This document shows positions 20,652-32,212 of a stretch of 40,503 nt of DNA, piece by piece. The position numbers and the translations under genes were made by a program. The DNA is taken from contig LT642182.1 in assembly GCA_900128585.1 (NCBI GenBank), positions 1-40,503 of the forward strand. The letters run 5' to 3'. The DNA comes from Stramenopiles sp. TOSAG23-3. Taxonomy: Eukaryota. Position 1 is the first letter of the stretch; each line of letters opens with the position of its first letter. The notes beneath the pieces were generated by a model. It did not search any database. It saw only the letters and a list, made by a program, of their open reading frames with translations, and was not told the DNA's origin.

Positions 20652-21587
20652 ATGCCAGGCAGTTGCGTAGATTCAAAAGCTGAAAGTCAGCACGCCCTGG
20701 AGAGCGCTGCGCCAACCGCAACTTCTCTGGGGACTATTCGCGATAAATATGAACAAGAAATATATTTAAAATGTAAAGCTGATCCAAATGCGCGCCCGGT
20801 GACTAGCCTTCACGATTACGGTACTGGATGGGAGATTACCAGTCTTAAAATGACGAAACAATTTTACGCCGAAGACAACGAGTCAATTTATAGAGCAGTT
20901 TTAGGATACGTTCCGTTAGCTAATGTTGTCAAGGGCTGTGCTCCTTTCAACGTCGTATTATGGGTTTATAGCCTGAAGCCAGAGGACATTTTTTGGACGT
21001 CAGCGAAACAAAGGTGGACGCATTTGCACGTAGCTGGGAGAAACGGTGCTGCATACTTAATCCCATGGCTTTATGAAACAAACCCCTCTGCTGCGGATAT
21101 GAAAGACACGCAAGGGCGGACGCCGTTGGACGTTGCAATTGAAGAGGATATTTGGTGGAAGGCAAATCCTGATAAATGCATTGGCTGCGACCATTATGCT
21201 CGAACGTATAATATAGCCACAGCGACAGAACCTTTGTATTGTATTGCGTGCGCTCACGAAAAGGACGAAAAAGATATTAAAGACGGGATTCGGGCGGAAG
21301 GGCAGGAAATGGTCGACATCGTCAACATGGTGTGCATAAAGTGCAAGAAGCGAACAGCAAATTTTAATGTGTTGACAGATCCAGTTTCACGGTACTGTGG
21401 GGTCTGCGCAACACCAGATATGTATAACTTAGTTATTCACAAATGCATCCCTAATTCGGACAAATGCGTCCAACTTTTACGAGAAATCAAGACTTCCAGG
21501 GATAAGGGTCAAAAAGAACATTTGAATCGACTGCGGGCGACTGCAATGAGCTGCAAGTTAAAGCATTACGCTGATCTGGTCTTTTAG
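20652..21587 (+). CDS. Ankyrin-repeat protein with two EsV-1-7-like cysteine-rich repeats
   Basis: Ankyrin motifs THLHVAGRNG and DTQGRTPLDVA. Then C-x2-C...YN...LYC-x2-C...MVDI and C-x2-C.KRTANFN...RYC-x2-C...MYNL..KC, matching the EsV-1-7 repeat pattern. Confidence 0.7.
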   Translation: MPGSCVDSKAESQHALESAAPTATSLGTIRDKYEQEIYLKCKADPNARPVTSLHDYGTGWEITSLKMTKQFYAEDNESIYRAVLGYVPLANVVKGCAPFNVVLWVYSLKPEDIFWTSAKQRWTHLHVAGRNGAAYLIPWLYETNPSAADMKDTQGRTPLDVAIEEDIWWKANPDKCIGCDHYARTYNIATATEPLYCIACAHEKDEKDIKDGIRAEGQEMVDIVNMVCIKCKKRTANFNVLTDPVSRYCGVCATPDMYNLVIHKCIPNSDKCVQLLREIKTSRDKGQKEHLNRLRATAMSCKLKHYADLVF

Positions 21588-22076
21588 GTTGTAGGGCAGA
21601 TGTATGGTATAAATTTTTGCTGGGAGCTTAGGGGAAGGTCATTTTTACATGTTCATACCGTTGTATTAAAAACAAAAAATTGGCTGCAAACTTATCTCTC
21701 TACTCTTGTGGTTTTACTAATCACTAAACCCTTGTCACTTAGTCTTGACTATCAAGCTCAGATGTACTCCATGCGCACATATTCATATTAAAGTATCATA
21801 CAAGTGCAATAATTGCCAACAATACTTCTCGTATTTTTAATCAAATCTCCCGTCTGAAAATTAAACTAAATTTTCGTAAGATTACTTTTTCATGTTTAAT
21901 CAATTCAAAACATTTATGCTTGGGGAAGTAAGAACACTCATTTTTTTAGTTCCGTTCCTAAATATATGAGGAATTAGTAGTCATAATATATGACTACTAA
22001 AAAATTAAACTTTTTATGATATTTTTTGTTTTTTTATAGTTCGTAAATCATTGAACCAAAAACATAAATTAATTGC

Positions 22077-24135
22077 TTACGCCAGCCCCTTCTTCAAAGA
22101 TGCAAATGCAGCTTCAGCCCATAGTCTATATTGTTGAGCAGTCGGCTTCATCTGGAACACACCATTATCGGCATGAAAATAATCTTCTGGGTTATCTAAA
22201 CACGATTTAAGGCTCGGATGCAAATCAACATAAACAACTAGTTCTTCACTATCAAGTTTTTTGCAAAGCGTTTGCAGGCATTCGTTGTACATCTGAACTG
22301 TTTTCGAACGGGAAGGGTGCATTGAAAAATAGTCTGGGATACTAAGAACAACCACGTGCCCTCTGTACTTTCCATCGCTTTGTACCAAAGATATCGCGTG
22401 TTGTAGAAGAGAATCAAAATCTTGAACAAAAATATCAGCGGGCACATTCTCATTAAAACCTATTTCTATGACCACCAAGTTGTAAGCATCTTTAAAATGC
22501 TTGCTCGAACATTGATTTGTCACGTTCTGCAAAACGTCTTTGACTCCCCAAGACGGCTTTGCAACAGAATGGTACTTGGCAAATTGTGGGGTATTCTTCC
22601 ATGCCTTGTTCAATTTCTTTATGAGTTGTGCAGGAAATGATTTTGACTTTTTGACTCCATCGCCATACATGAATTGATCCCCTAGACAAAGGACGAAATA
22701 ATTAGGTTCGTTGCAATTCTGACTAATTCTTGTGCTGTCCACCCTATTCACCCCAGAAACCGGTGTACGACTGTGCAGCTTCGATTTTCGTGGCTGCGCT
22801 GGAATAACAACAGCATCTTTAATTTTCTTGTCCAAATGCTTGGTCCAGCTACCGATGTTCAAATTCTTCAATGTCAATGTTAAATTGTGGTTCGGAACAT
22901 CCGTTCTACGAATATGCGAATTGCGATTTACGGGGATATGTAATCTTGACACCTTTTGTCGTGAGACCATAACCTTTTCCTGATTCTTTGCCGATATTGC
23001 TCGCTCATATGACAAAATAGCGCTTTCTACCGAATCGCAATGAGAGGAAGAGAGTTTGTCGGCGAGCTTCATTGCATCCAAGATCGCTCGGTTGGCTCCC
23101 TGCGATTTGAACGGGCTCATCGCATGTAGAGCGTCCCCTATCAATGTTACACGGGACACCCGTCTCAACACATCTGGGACAAGAGGATCAAAATCAAAAA
23201 CGGGTGTTCCCATAATATTTTCTAAATCCGTGCAAGCCACCATTTCTGGAACCGGCGAATGAAAAGATTTAACCTTTTCCAGTATAGTCATTTTCAAATC
23301 TTGTTTATTTTTTGACAGTTCTTTCGCTTTCTCTATGGCCATGGGAAACGACAGCTGCCACATTGTCTGTACTGCTACTGGACAACTGGTGGGTGGTTTA
23401 GGTGCTACTTTTGTGTCAGATTGACTGGTTGAAAAATGACTTGAAAACGGCATGCAAAAAAGGCGAACAGTGCCATTGCTGCTTTCGAATATTACTTGAT
23501 CCAGCAGTTCATGATCATACTGCACAATTCCAAGAACAACAATTACTCCCAAATAATTAAGAGGAGGAGAGTCGAACAATTTATTTCTAACAAAGGAGTA
23601 GATACCATCGGCGCCTACTAAAAGGTCTACTTCTTCTTCAGAAATGTTAGCGTTGCCCAGTGGGACCGGTGGGTTCGGAGCGAATTGCAGAGTCACCGAT
23701 GCCCCTACCTTGATGTCAGCAACCCTTTTATTCCAAGACACGTATTGCCGCACAGGTTCCATCAGCAAATACCGTAAGTCTTGTCGAGACAAGTGAACAT
23801 TGAACTTTTTTGAATCTACAAATTTGTAGAACGTTCGGCCGAAAAACGATATAATGTCGCCGTTCTCGGCAAATATGTATCTTGCGGTGGAGGGGGTGTC
23901 CAGGTCAAAAATAGATTGAATCCCTAACTCGAGCAAGCTATTAACTGCTTGCTGTATCGTCAATCCATACCCTTGGCGCCGCTCGCTAAACGATTTGTCT
24001 TTCTCGTAAATCTTAACGTCCACAAAACCCCTCTGTTTCAAGGCGCACGCAAGAGCACAGCCGCCGATTCCAGCCCCAACGATACCAATTCTAGTGTTTT
24101 TTGCAACGCCCGCTTTCCCCTTTATTTTTTTGCAT
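22077..24135 (-). CDS. FAD-dependent monooxygenase fused to a C-terminal SGNH/GDSL-like domain; 5' end frameshifted
   Basis: The frame extends upstream of the track's TTG (24041) through the Rossmann motif IGIVGAGIGG. Also RQGYGLTIQQ, LLVGADGIYS and LIGDALHAMSPFKSQGANRAILDA. C-terminal VLCLGDQFMYGDG...IEIGFNE is SGNH-like. The nearest ATG (24135) is one base out of frame. Confidence 0.8.
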
Positions 24136-25001
24136 TATTATCAGTTCTTCCGAGCCGGGCGAACGATTGGCTTGCCCAAAACCTACGGTATAACCGCTCG
24201 TAGTTATTTCTTTCCAACACAATCTGTTTTGTCAAAATTAATCTTATAATAATTTTGTCTCATTGTTTTGCAAGGTTCAGTTTGCATCATCAAAAATAAA
24301 AAATATAATAATAATAATCATCATCAATATAAACAACAACACAAAAATCCATCATCACACATCATTTCAGAAGATCTCAGTCGTCGTCGTCATCAGCACA
24401 ACAGCATCAGGTGTTTCTTCAGGTTGGACTCAAAAGACGCAAAAAAAAATACAGGAACAAACCAAGGGGGCAACAAAGAAAAAAAACAATAGAAAAAAAT
24501 ATAATAGGGGAAGTTTGTACTTTCGAAAGTACTGACTACGAGTACTCTAGCTCACCAGGACAAATAACTTGAATTAATTTATCTAATATTCGTACATCAT
24601 ACATAATATTATAGGAAGAGAGAAGAGAAGAAAGAAGCGTCTTCTCTTCTATTTTTTGTCCGTTTTGATGATGATGAACGATGATGAATAATATTATAAA
24701 AAAATAATTATACCAACAAGTATAATTATTATTATTAATTATTATGTGCGGTGGTGATATGAAGAAAAATATATAAAAATGATGATAGTGATGGCGCACT
24801 TAACACTTTATTTTCATTTTATTCTCCCCCGGCCAAGAAGCTGTTGTGAAAGACAAAGTTCAAGCACGTCATCGAGCTTTATCGTGTTCAGCACGCTTAC
24901 TATTGACACCAGCCTGGTATCCCGAAGTTAGCGGATAGTGTCCTAGCAATCGCGACATACCCAAGGATTCTATAGCCGCGTCACACCATCAACAGTTTTT
25001 C
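24136..25001. promoter_or_regulatory. Divergent intergenic region (monooxygenase / coiled-coil gene), presumably holding both promoters
   Basis: Head-to-head orientation; AT-rich low-complexity core. Confidence 0.4.
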
Positions 25002-27192
25002 ATGGCTGGTCAACACCGTCTTCGAAAATCGTCCGTGGCAATCCCGGTTGGAGGGACAAATGCGACAAACCATCATTGGGCGTCGTCGCTGCGCTCAGCG
25101 AGCTACGTTCCTGAAGAAGAAAAAAATGAATTGCATAACAGTTTGTTAGAGGCCGACCATCTATCTGATATGAATTTAAGCGCCTCGGAGATAAGAAGAA
25201 AACAACTGATGGACTTGCGAAAGTCGCTTCGGCAGGTCGACCCCCTGGGACAAACGGAGAAACCGAATAGAAGTGGAAAGGACTTAAATAGCAACAGGCC
25301 AACTGAAATATTAGAGGAGGTATACAGTGACGGGCAAGAGAAAAACCAAACGGATTCGTTTTACGTAAACGGCGGTTACAACCCCAATATAGTTCGAAAC
25401 AGCAACGCGTCGACTGCTTTTCACCACAGCACCATCCGCGGCAATCCCAGTGCCCACACTGTCCAAGAAGATAGAATCGTTAGATTGGAAGCCATGAACA
25501 TGGATCAAAAACAATACGCAAAAGAAAAAAAATGTGGAGAGTGAAAAAGTATCGAGCGCGTTAATTCCATCGACACCAAGCGACAAAAGCGAGCTCGTAC
25601 GATTCAAGCTCGACTCCCCGGCGCTAAGGGCACACAACAACCAGACCCGGCAGACAGTAGAGCGAATAGGCGCAGATGGCAGTACTGATTGGGGGGGTGC
25701 ACCACCAGTTCCCAGCATAAAGCGGTATGGCGGCAATATGAGTACTGTACTAGAGCCACCATCTTCGGCCGGGAAAGGAGTTTTAGGGGGATCCAGCACG
25801 CCTTTGCGGAAATATTTAAAACACAGGGTATCTAATGGAATCCAGCAAATGCAGAATTATACACAAGCGATGACAAATGATGAATTGAATGATAGCCATG
25901 TTTCAACAGAGATAACTATGGGGAAAATTAGCTCCTCGAACCGTCAGAACGCAAAGCCATGGATGCCTCCTTCGCCCGGCAGATACACTGCATCTCGCAC
26001 CGGAGGGGGTTACTCTCTAACACCAAAGGATCAGCCAGATAACCTTCCCGCCTCCACCAGGGCAGACTTGAGAGCAATAAAGAGACAACAAAAGCAACAA
26101 AACAAGTTGTTACGGATTTTGTCCGAGAGTCAAAACCTTTCCAACCCTAATACGATCGAACTCCTTGCGTTAGCTGAAAGCAATTCTGATCTCGCGCACA
26201 AATTGGAAGACGTGATAGAAGAAAAGGGTGCGATTCAACTGCAGCTGCAGCTGGAGAGAGAGAAAAGCCAAATGTTAGAGTTGAGATTTGCCGAAATGGT
26301 GGACATTTGCAAAGAAGAAGAGGAGAATAAGATCAAAGCCGAAGAAAGTGCAAAAGGGTTTCTTGAGGAATTGCGGAAGTTAGAAAGGTTAAATGTTCGT
26401 AATCTTGGAAATGCCCATCGAGAGGGGGAAAATGCTCGGCGTTTAGAACAGAAGAACTCACAATTACTTTCTGAAAAAGCTACGTTCGAAGAAAAGTTGC
26501 GACAAACGCAATTAGCCGCAGAAGAAGCAAAACAACGGGAGGAAGTTAAAGGAAACGAATTGGACGAACTCAGGAAACAGGCAGACAGTTTGCGATCGGA
26601 GAATGAGCGCATCGTAGAAAAAATGGGAAGGAGCACCTTGAGTTTAAACGATCAACAAAGGCGTGTAATAGACTTAGAAGATCAGTTGGGAAAAACGAGA
26701 AAAGAGCTGAGCACGCTAGCATCCCTTCAAACGGAAATTAATAGGGCACAGTCTGAAAAAGAATCAGCGATCGTTGAATCGTCACTAAAACAATTTGAGC
26801 GTAAACAAAGACACATAGAAAATATTGCGAGAAAGCAGTATGCAGAATTGCAGGATGCAAAGGAGGAGGTATCTCGTTTGCAATTAGAACTAAAACAGGA
26901 GAAAAATCTTGATACTCGCTCGAAAGAAACAGCGTTGATGATTCACAGTGAAATACAAAAAGAACTAGAGTATTCCAACCAGTTGGTACACAAACTTAAG
27001 GCTGAAATAGCGGAAGCGACTGGGAGTAAAAGTGAGCTCGTAGAAAAAGTGAGACATTTGCAGCAAGACTTGGAAGATTCAAAACGCAGGACGGCGAAGG
27101 CACAAAACGCGGTCTCTTCGATTAACCAAGCAAACATGAACTTGCGCGAAGAGTGCAGAATGCTAGAAATGCAGCTGCAGCAAAGCTTCTGA
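25002..27192 (+). CDS. Hypothetical long coiled-coil protein with disordered N-terminus; two overlapping ORFs, probably one gene
   Basis: ORF 25002-25544 (ATG) overlaps ORF 25534-27192 (GTG start, frame open from 25498). Removing one A from A8 at 25525-25532 joins them. The C-terminal half is a continuous E/K/Q/L coiled coil. Confidence 0.62.
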
Positions 27193-27747
27193 GAAAGTGC
27201 CCCTTAGGAAAACATCTCCTCTCCATGTTCTTGTCAAAAATTAAGTTATTTTTTGAGAGCTTTACTCACTCCCGACTGCAAAAAAAATACAAAATACAAA
27301 ACAAAGTACAACAATTATTTCTGTTTTACCACCCTTATGGTGTGTTGCTCTACTGATATTTCCTATTTTTACAATTCATTCAACTTTCGTCCGCTTCCGT
27401 TGTGAAAAGAAGAAGTAGTCGTTCTATATGCTGCATTAAAAACGTTAGTCGGTGCTCTGTGCCTGGACACAACCATAATTATTAGTAGATATATTTTTTT
27501 AAAATTATATTTATTATATTATAGTCTATATTTTAACGAAAAAAAATAAAATGATAAAAATACATTCATTATATTATGATTCCGTCTACCATATTTTATA
27601 ATTCCGTAACGTTGATGGACAGCACTCCTTCTCTCTCATGTTGCATTTGAAGTGTTACGCAGAAAAGCGAGTAATGCCTGCAAAAAAAATATTTTGCATT
27701 TACCATTTAAAAATCTTCTGTTTTGCCACTATTTGATTTCAAAAACC

Positions 27748-30700
27748 ATGAGTAGTTCATACTCGGACGAAATTTCAACACTATTCGGTGGCGATGGGGG
27801 GACAATTCCTCGGCTGCTAAGGCAGCATATAAAGGGTAATCCTTACGCAAACCTTCCGGGCATTCAAAAGTTGATCGACGGCGGGCATGACCCAAATCAT
27901 TTTGACGTGTATGGTAACAATGCAATGCACTGGGCATGCAATGATTTTGGGAAAAAGGCGGCGACTGATTTTCGAGAGTTTGCGGAAAGCGTTCCTTCTA
28001 CCTCAGAAACAGGTATAATCAAATTTTTGTTGAATAATCGAGTAAACCACAAGGTACGTAACAATCGTGGAATGCTTCCATTGCATTTTGCAGTAAGATC
28101 GTGGGATAACCCCGCTGTTGCGTCGTTACTCATCTTTGGGCAACGGGAGATGGAGCTTCACATGCAGCGAGCATTAGCACCTTTGTTTCTTGGAGTAGTA
28201 AGGGCAGTGAAGCTCGTTCTAAACTGTGACAGGGCAACCCTTTTTCTTGCCGATCGTGGCTTAAAGCGTTTGTGGAGCGTGGTTGCAGACTCGGTTGATC
28301 CTATTGTGATACCTTGGGACAAAGGTCTAGCGGGAGCATGTTTCCGGGCCGAAAAACATTTGAATATAGCAGACGCATGGTTAGATTTACGCTTTGAGAA
28401 TAAGTTTGATAAGTTAACAGGATATAGAACTCGGACGGTTTTGGTGTGCCCAATACTCCGTCAATCTGGGGCCAGCATGGTCCTTGGGGTAGTTCAAGCG
28501 ATCAACAAATTTGCACCAAAAGAGGCAGTTGGAGATGACGAGGAAAAAGACGAAGAGGTTACTGCGTTATTCGACGAATCGGACGAAGAACTGTTGAAGA
28601 AGATTTGTGTTGCTTTGTCCCGTTCTTTTTTCCATACTCATGTCCTTAGAAAGTTCTGCACACGAACGTAGAGCCGCAGAGGAAAACTTTATTCATGAAA
28701 TAGAAGACATTGTGGCAAACTGTGCGGGTGGAGGGGATGTTGAATTTCACTTTAAATCACCAAAGTACAGGTATGTTAGTCCTGCAACAAAAATCCGTGA
28801 ACCTGGGTACGAAATTGATGGCCAGCTAGATTGGAAGCGGTTGCATCGGCACGGTGTAGTCGTCGTAAACCCGGATTCTAAAATATCATGGACTGTCGCT
28901 AAATTATTGAGGGCAAAAGCAGGCCTGATCGATGCACCGAGCTTAAACGACCAAACGCCGCTCATGCTTGCCGCGATTCACGGAAATGTCAATGTAATAC
29001 GCAATTTGCTTACCTCAGGTGCAAATCCATACCTAAGCGACCGCGGAGGGGACACCGCTCTGCATTATGCTGCCAAAGCAAAACAAATTGGCGCCCTGAA
29101 ACTGTTGTTGGGAGCTGGCTGTGACCCATTGCGACTGAACGGGAATGCCTTGAGCGCTTTTCAAATTTGCTGTGGGGTTCAACTTGCCTCGATCGTTGAT
29201 GGCAAATCAGCAGATCTACACAACTCACTTTTAGAAGACAAAGAAAAGAATCCCTCAAACCAAAACGGATTTTTCTCGTTGAAGGCAGCGACAGCGTTGT
29301 GGATAAGAATTTTGCACAGGGGGCACAACAACACTTGGGGGTGCCAAAATAGGTTATGCCCTATTGGCATACATTTGAATCCCATGCCTTCGAACGATTC
29401 TATATTTGGACAGGTGCACACAAATGGCATGAATGTCGCAGTCATGGATTCTAGCTGTTTTGCGTGTGGGAATGTGAGCAAATCACAAAATGAATCATGT
29501 CGTGAAATTGTTGCATTATGGCCATACAAGGAAGATGGTAAAACTCCCACGGAAAGGTGGCAATCGTGTTTGAGGCGCGAAATGGCGATACGCTGCGATA
29601 TCAAAAACATAGAATTTTGGCAAAAAAGGAAGTTTTTACCACTATCGAAATTTGAAAAAGAAAAAATGGATGAAAAGCAAAATCGCGAGCATTCGCGTTT
29701 TGCTTCAAAGTTGCAAGACGGTGGTATCCATTACTGTTTTATTGGATCGCAAATAGGGATGTTTATATTGCCTCTGCAAGCAATGGATGACACTTTCGAA
29801 ATGCAAGAGGGCACCGGCTCCACGTTAGTCTCTGCAAATTGGCAACCAGTGAAAGTGCATGATACAACGTTTCGGGAACTGATTCCCAGGGGGTGGCGTT
29901 ATTTTTCATTTCGGTTTAATTCCACACGCGCGAGCCGCTGGTCGTACTTTCGCGTCAAAAAAAATTCATCGGTGGCAGGGAAATCAATTACAGTATTCTG
30001 CGGAAAGAGTATTCCAAAGGGGTCAAGCCTACGCTCAATGCACGAGGTAAACAAAATCCATAAAGTTTTTACCGTCCCTGTTCACTCATTGCATTGTATT
30101 GTCACAAAGTCTGAGTGCCCCCCTGGGAATATTACAACTGGGAACGACACCGTTACAATTACGTTGCCAGAGCGCACAACTGGCATTTCGGCGTGCAATT
30201 ATTATATCCAGATTGACGAGGGTAGCTTTTTAATTGGTGAAAGTAGAGACCCTGGTGGTAATCCAACGGTAGTGAGCCCATTAATAGAAATCCATTTTGT
30301 TACCGACGCGGGCCAAACTGCGTGGACCCGGTCGCCAGATTACCCTCTACAACTGCGGCGTTTGGTTGTTCAAGAAACGTCATTGTCGCACTTTAACTCT
30401 CGAAACCTTGGTTTGGACGGCAATACACCAGAATTGAAAAAAAAACAGAATGCCTTTAATCCTTTCTTTTTGCCCCGGAATCCGCCTCGGATGGTGTGGA
30501 GATCGCACTCATTGGCAAAATCTTACATGACGTTTCCAAAACAGAAAATGGACGCAAACCCTGCTACAGGGAATGGACCAAAACTAAAGCGTTCAACGGC
30601 ACTATCTAGACTAAGAGCGGGGGCACGTTTGAGCACAATGGTATCGAAAGTAGCTGTGGGAGAGATACAAGAGTTTTATGCTGTAACGCTCCAAAACTAT

Positions 30701-32002
30701 GCTGTATCTATTCGTTTCAAAGTAACTAAAGTAGCATTCAAGGACAACATTCTGTTTCGAATATGCATGACCTCCCAGAAAGACTCAAAGGGACAATCGC
30801 TTGCGTTTGAATATGATTGGCCGACGGCACAATTCATCATCAATGGAAAAATCTCAAAAGGTAGACGGAAACAAAATGACCCCAATACTTCAGGTGGTTG
30901 TCTGATAAATGACCCGAACGAATCAAATAAAATAATTGCTGTGTACCCGTTCAACGAGTTTGCCGCCCCTACTGTCTTGCAAGCGCTTGATTGGTCGTGT
31001 GGAGAGAGACTCAGCATTAATGCTGACGAGTTTTCTATGCCTCAAAATTATACCGAGTGGATCGAAGCCTCGTGCGTTGGAAACACGCTGTCAAAGGGGA
31101 AAGATCGAGTCCGTTATAACCCCTTCACCCATGAATTCCAATTCGATTTCCAGTTGAACCGCCGTAAACGAAGTACCCATCATCACATTCTTCCAGACAC
31201 AAAGTATGATGTAACGCTGACTCTGCTTTACGATAAAAAGGCGGTAAATTCAGTGACGGCGCAAGGTATCAGCTTTTCCAGCTGCCACATATGCTCGGGT
31301 GTAACCGATAAGATAATTTACCAGCCTGGCGATTTTGGTACAAGGGTTCGATATTGGCCCCCCATAAATCACGGGGACGGAGAAAAGAAGGCTCGTCACC
31401 CCCAATCGCTGAAAGTTAATGTGCTGAACGGTCACGTAAGGGAGCACCAAAGGGAAATCGAGGAACGGAAGAAGGCGCTGAACAAGTGCAAAGAGGGGCG
31501 AAGGCTTACTAGATCAGCAAGTAGTGCTGATCACAAAGTGCAATTCGACGCTGCCACAGTCTACGAAAAACGACTTTGGGGACTGTTGAAATTGCACGAT
31601 AAGATTACCCAAAGCCCAAGTAATGCAGCACTATTCATGGGCGATTGGTATGGTTCAATAGAAATGCGACAGATGTCCTTTTCGAGGAAAAGACTAAGGT
31701 ATATGGCAAAAACTTTCGGGGGCATTTGGCCAGAAGCTTTGCTGACAATGATCATTACGATATACTTGCAAGAAGACGATGTGCTGGTGTTCCAGTCGAT
31801 AACGTTAGCAATCCGAACTTTGGAAGATAAACTCATCCACTCCAAACAAGTGTGTTATCCTGAAGTATTTGAGAATGGAGGGACACCCGAGCTTCAAGAC
31901 CAGAAAGCCATTGGCAATCCCGTTGATGGCCACAATAGCGACGGGAAAGACCGAGAGAATAAATTAGATCGTGAAGAGGATGGTGGTTGCGTTGTAAATT
32001 GA
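27748..32002 (+). CDS. Ankyrin-GAF-ankyrin protein with large uncharacterised C-terminal region; two overlapping ORFs, probably one gene
   Basis: ATG 27748 in context aaaaccATG. Ankyrins GNNAMHWA and GMLPLHFA, then a GAF domain (CDRATLFL, KGLAG, DKLTGYRTRTVLVCPI, QAINK..FDESDE). Next ORF (28607-32002) has ankyrins QTPLMLAA and GDTALHYAA. Join by removing one T from T6 at 28626-28631. Confidence 0.75.
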
Positions 32003-32212
32003 AAAAATATCTTTTGGAAAATAAAATTACGACTAATTTTTATAATCAGTACCGTGTGGACAAAAAGAGTTTTTTGGTTTAATTGTCTGTCTCTCCTTTC
32101 TCCTTACTCTGCCATTTTCAAAGCGACGTCAAATCTCCTCCCCTCTGGTTGTGTTATGACGGCTTCCATATCCTCTAATCTCGCGAAGAACGGGGGGACA
32201 TTTAAAATAATT

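Noticed and set aside
20652..21587. Endogenous giant-virus insertion
   Set aside because: Only the EsV-1-7-like motif; no viral core genes, integrase or compositional shift nearby.
27181..27243. A fourth +1 shift extending the coiled-coil gene (QQASEKVPLRKTSPLHVLVKN)
   Set aside because: Only an A3 run and about 20 extra codons; no homology evidence, so not distinguishable from chance.
1020..32002. Functional cluster of ciliary/cyclic-nucleotide genes (DYNC2LI1, CNBD channel, GAF protein)
   Set aside because: Genes are far apart and interleaved with unrelated genes; such families are common in flagellates.
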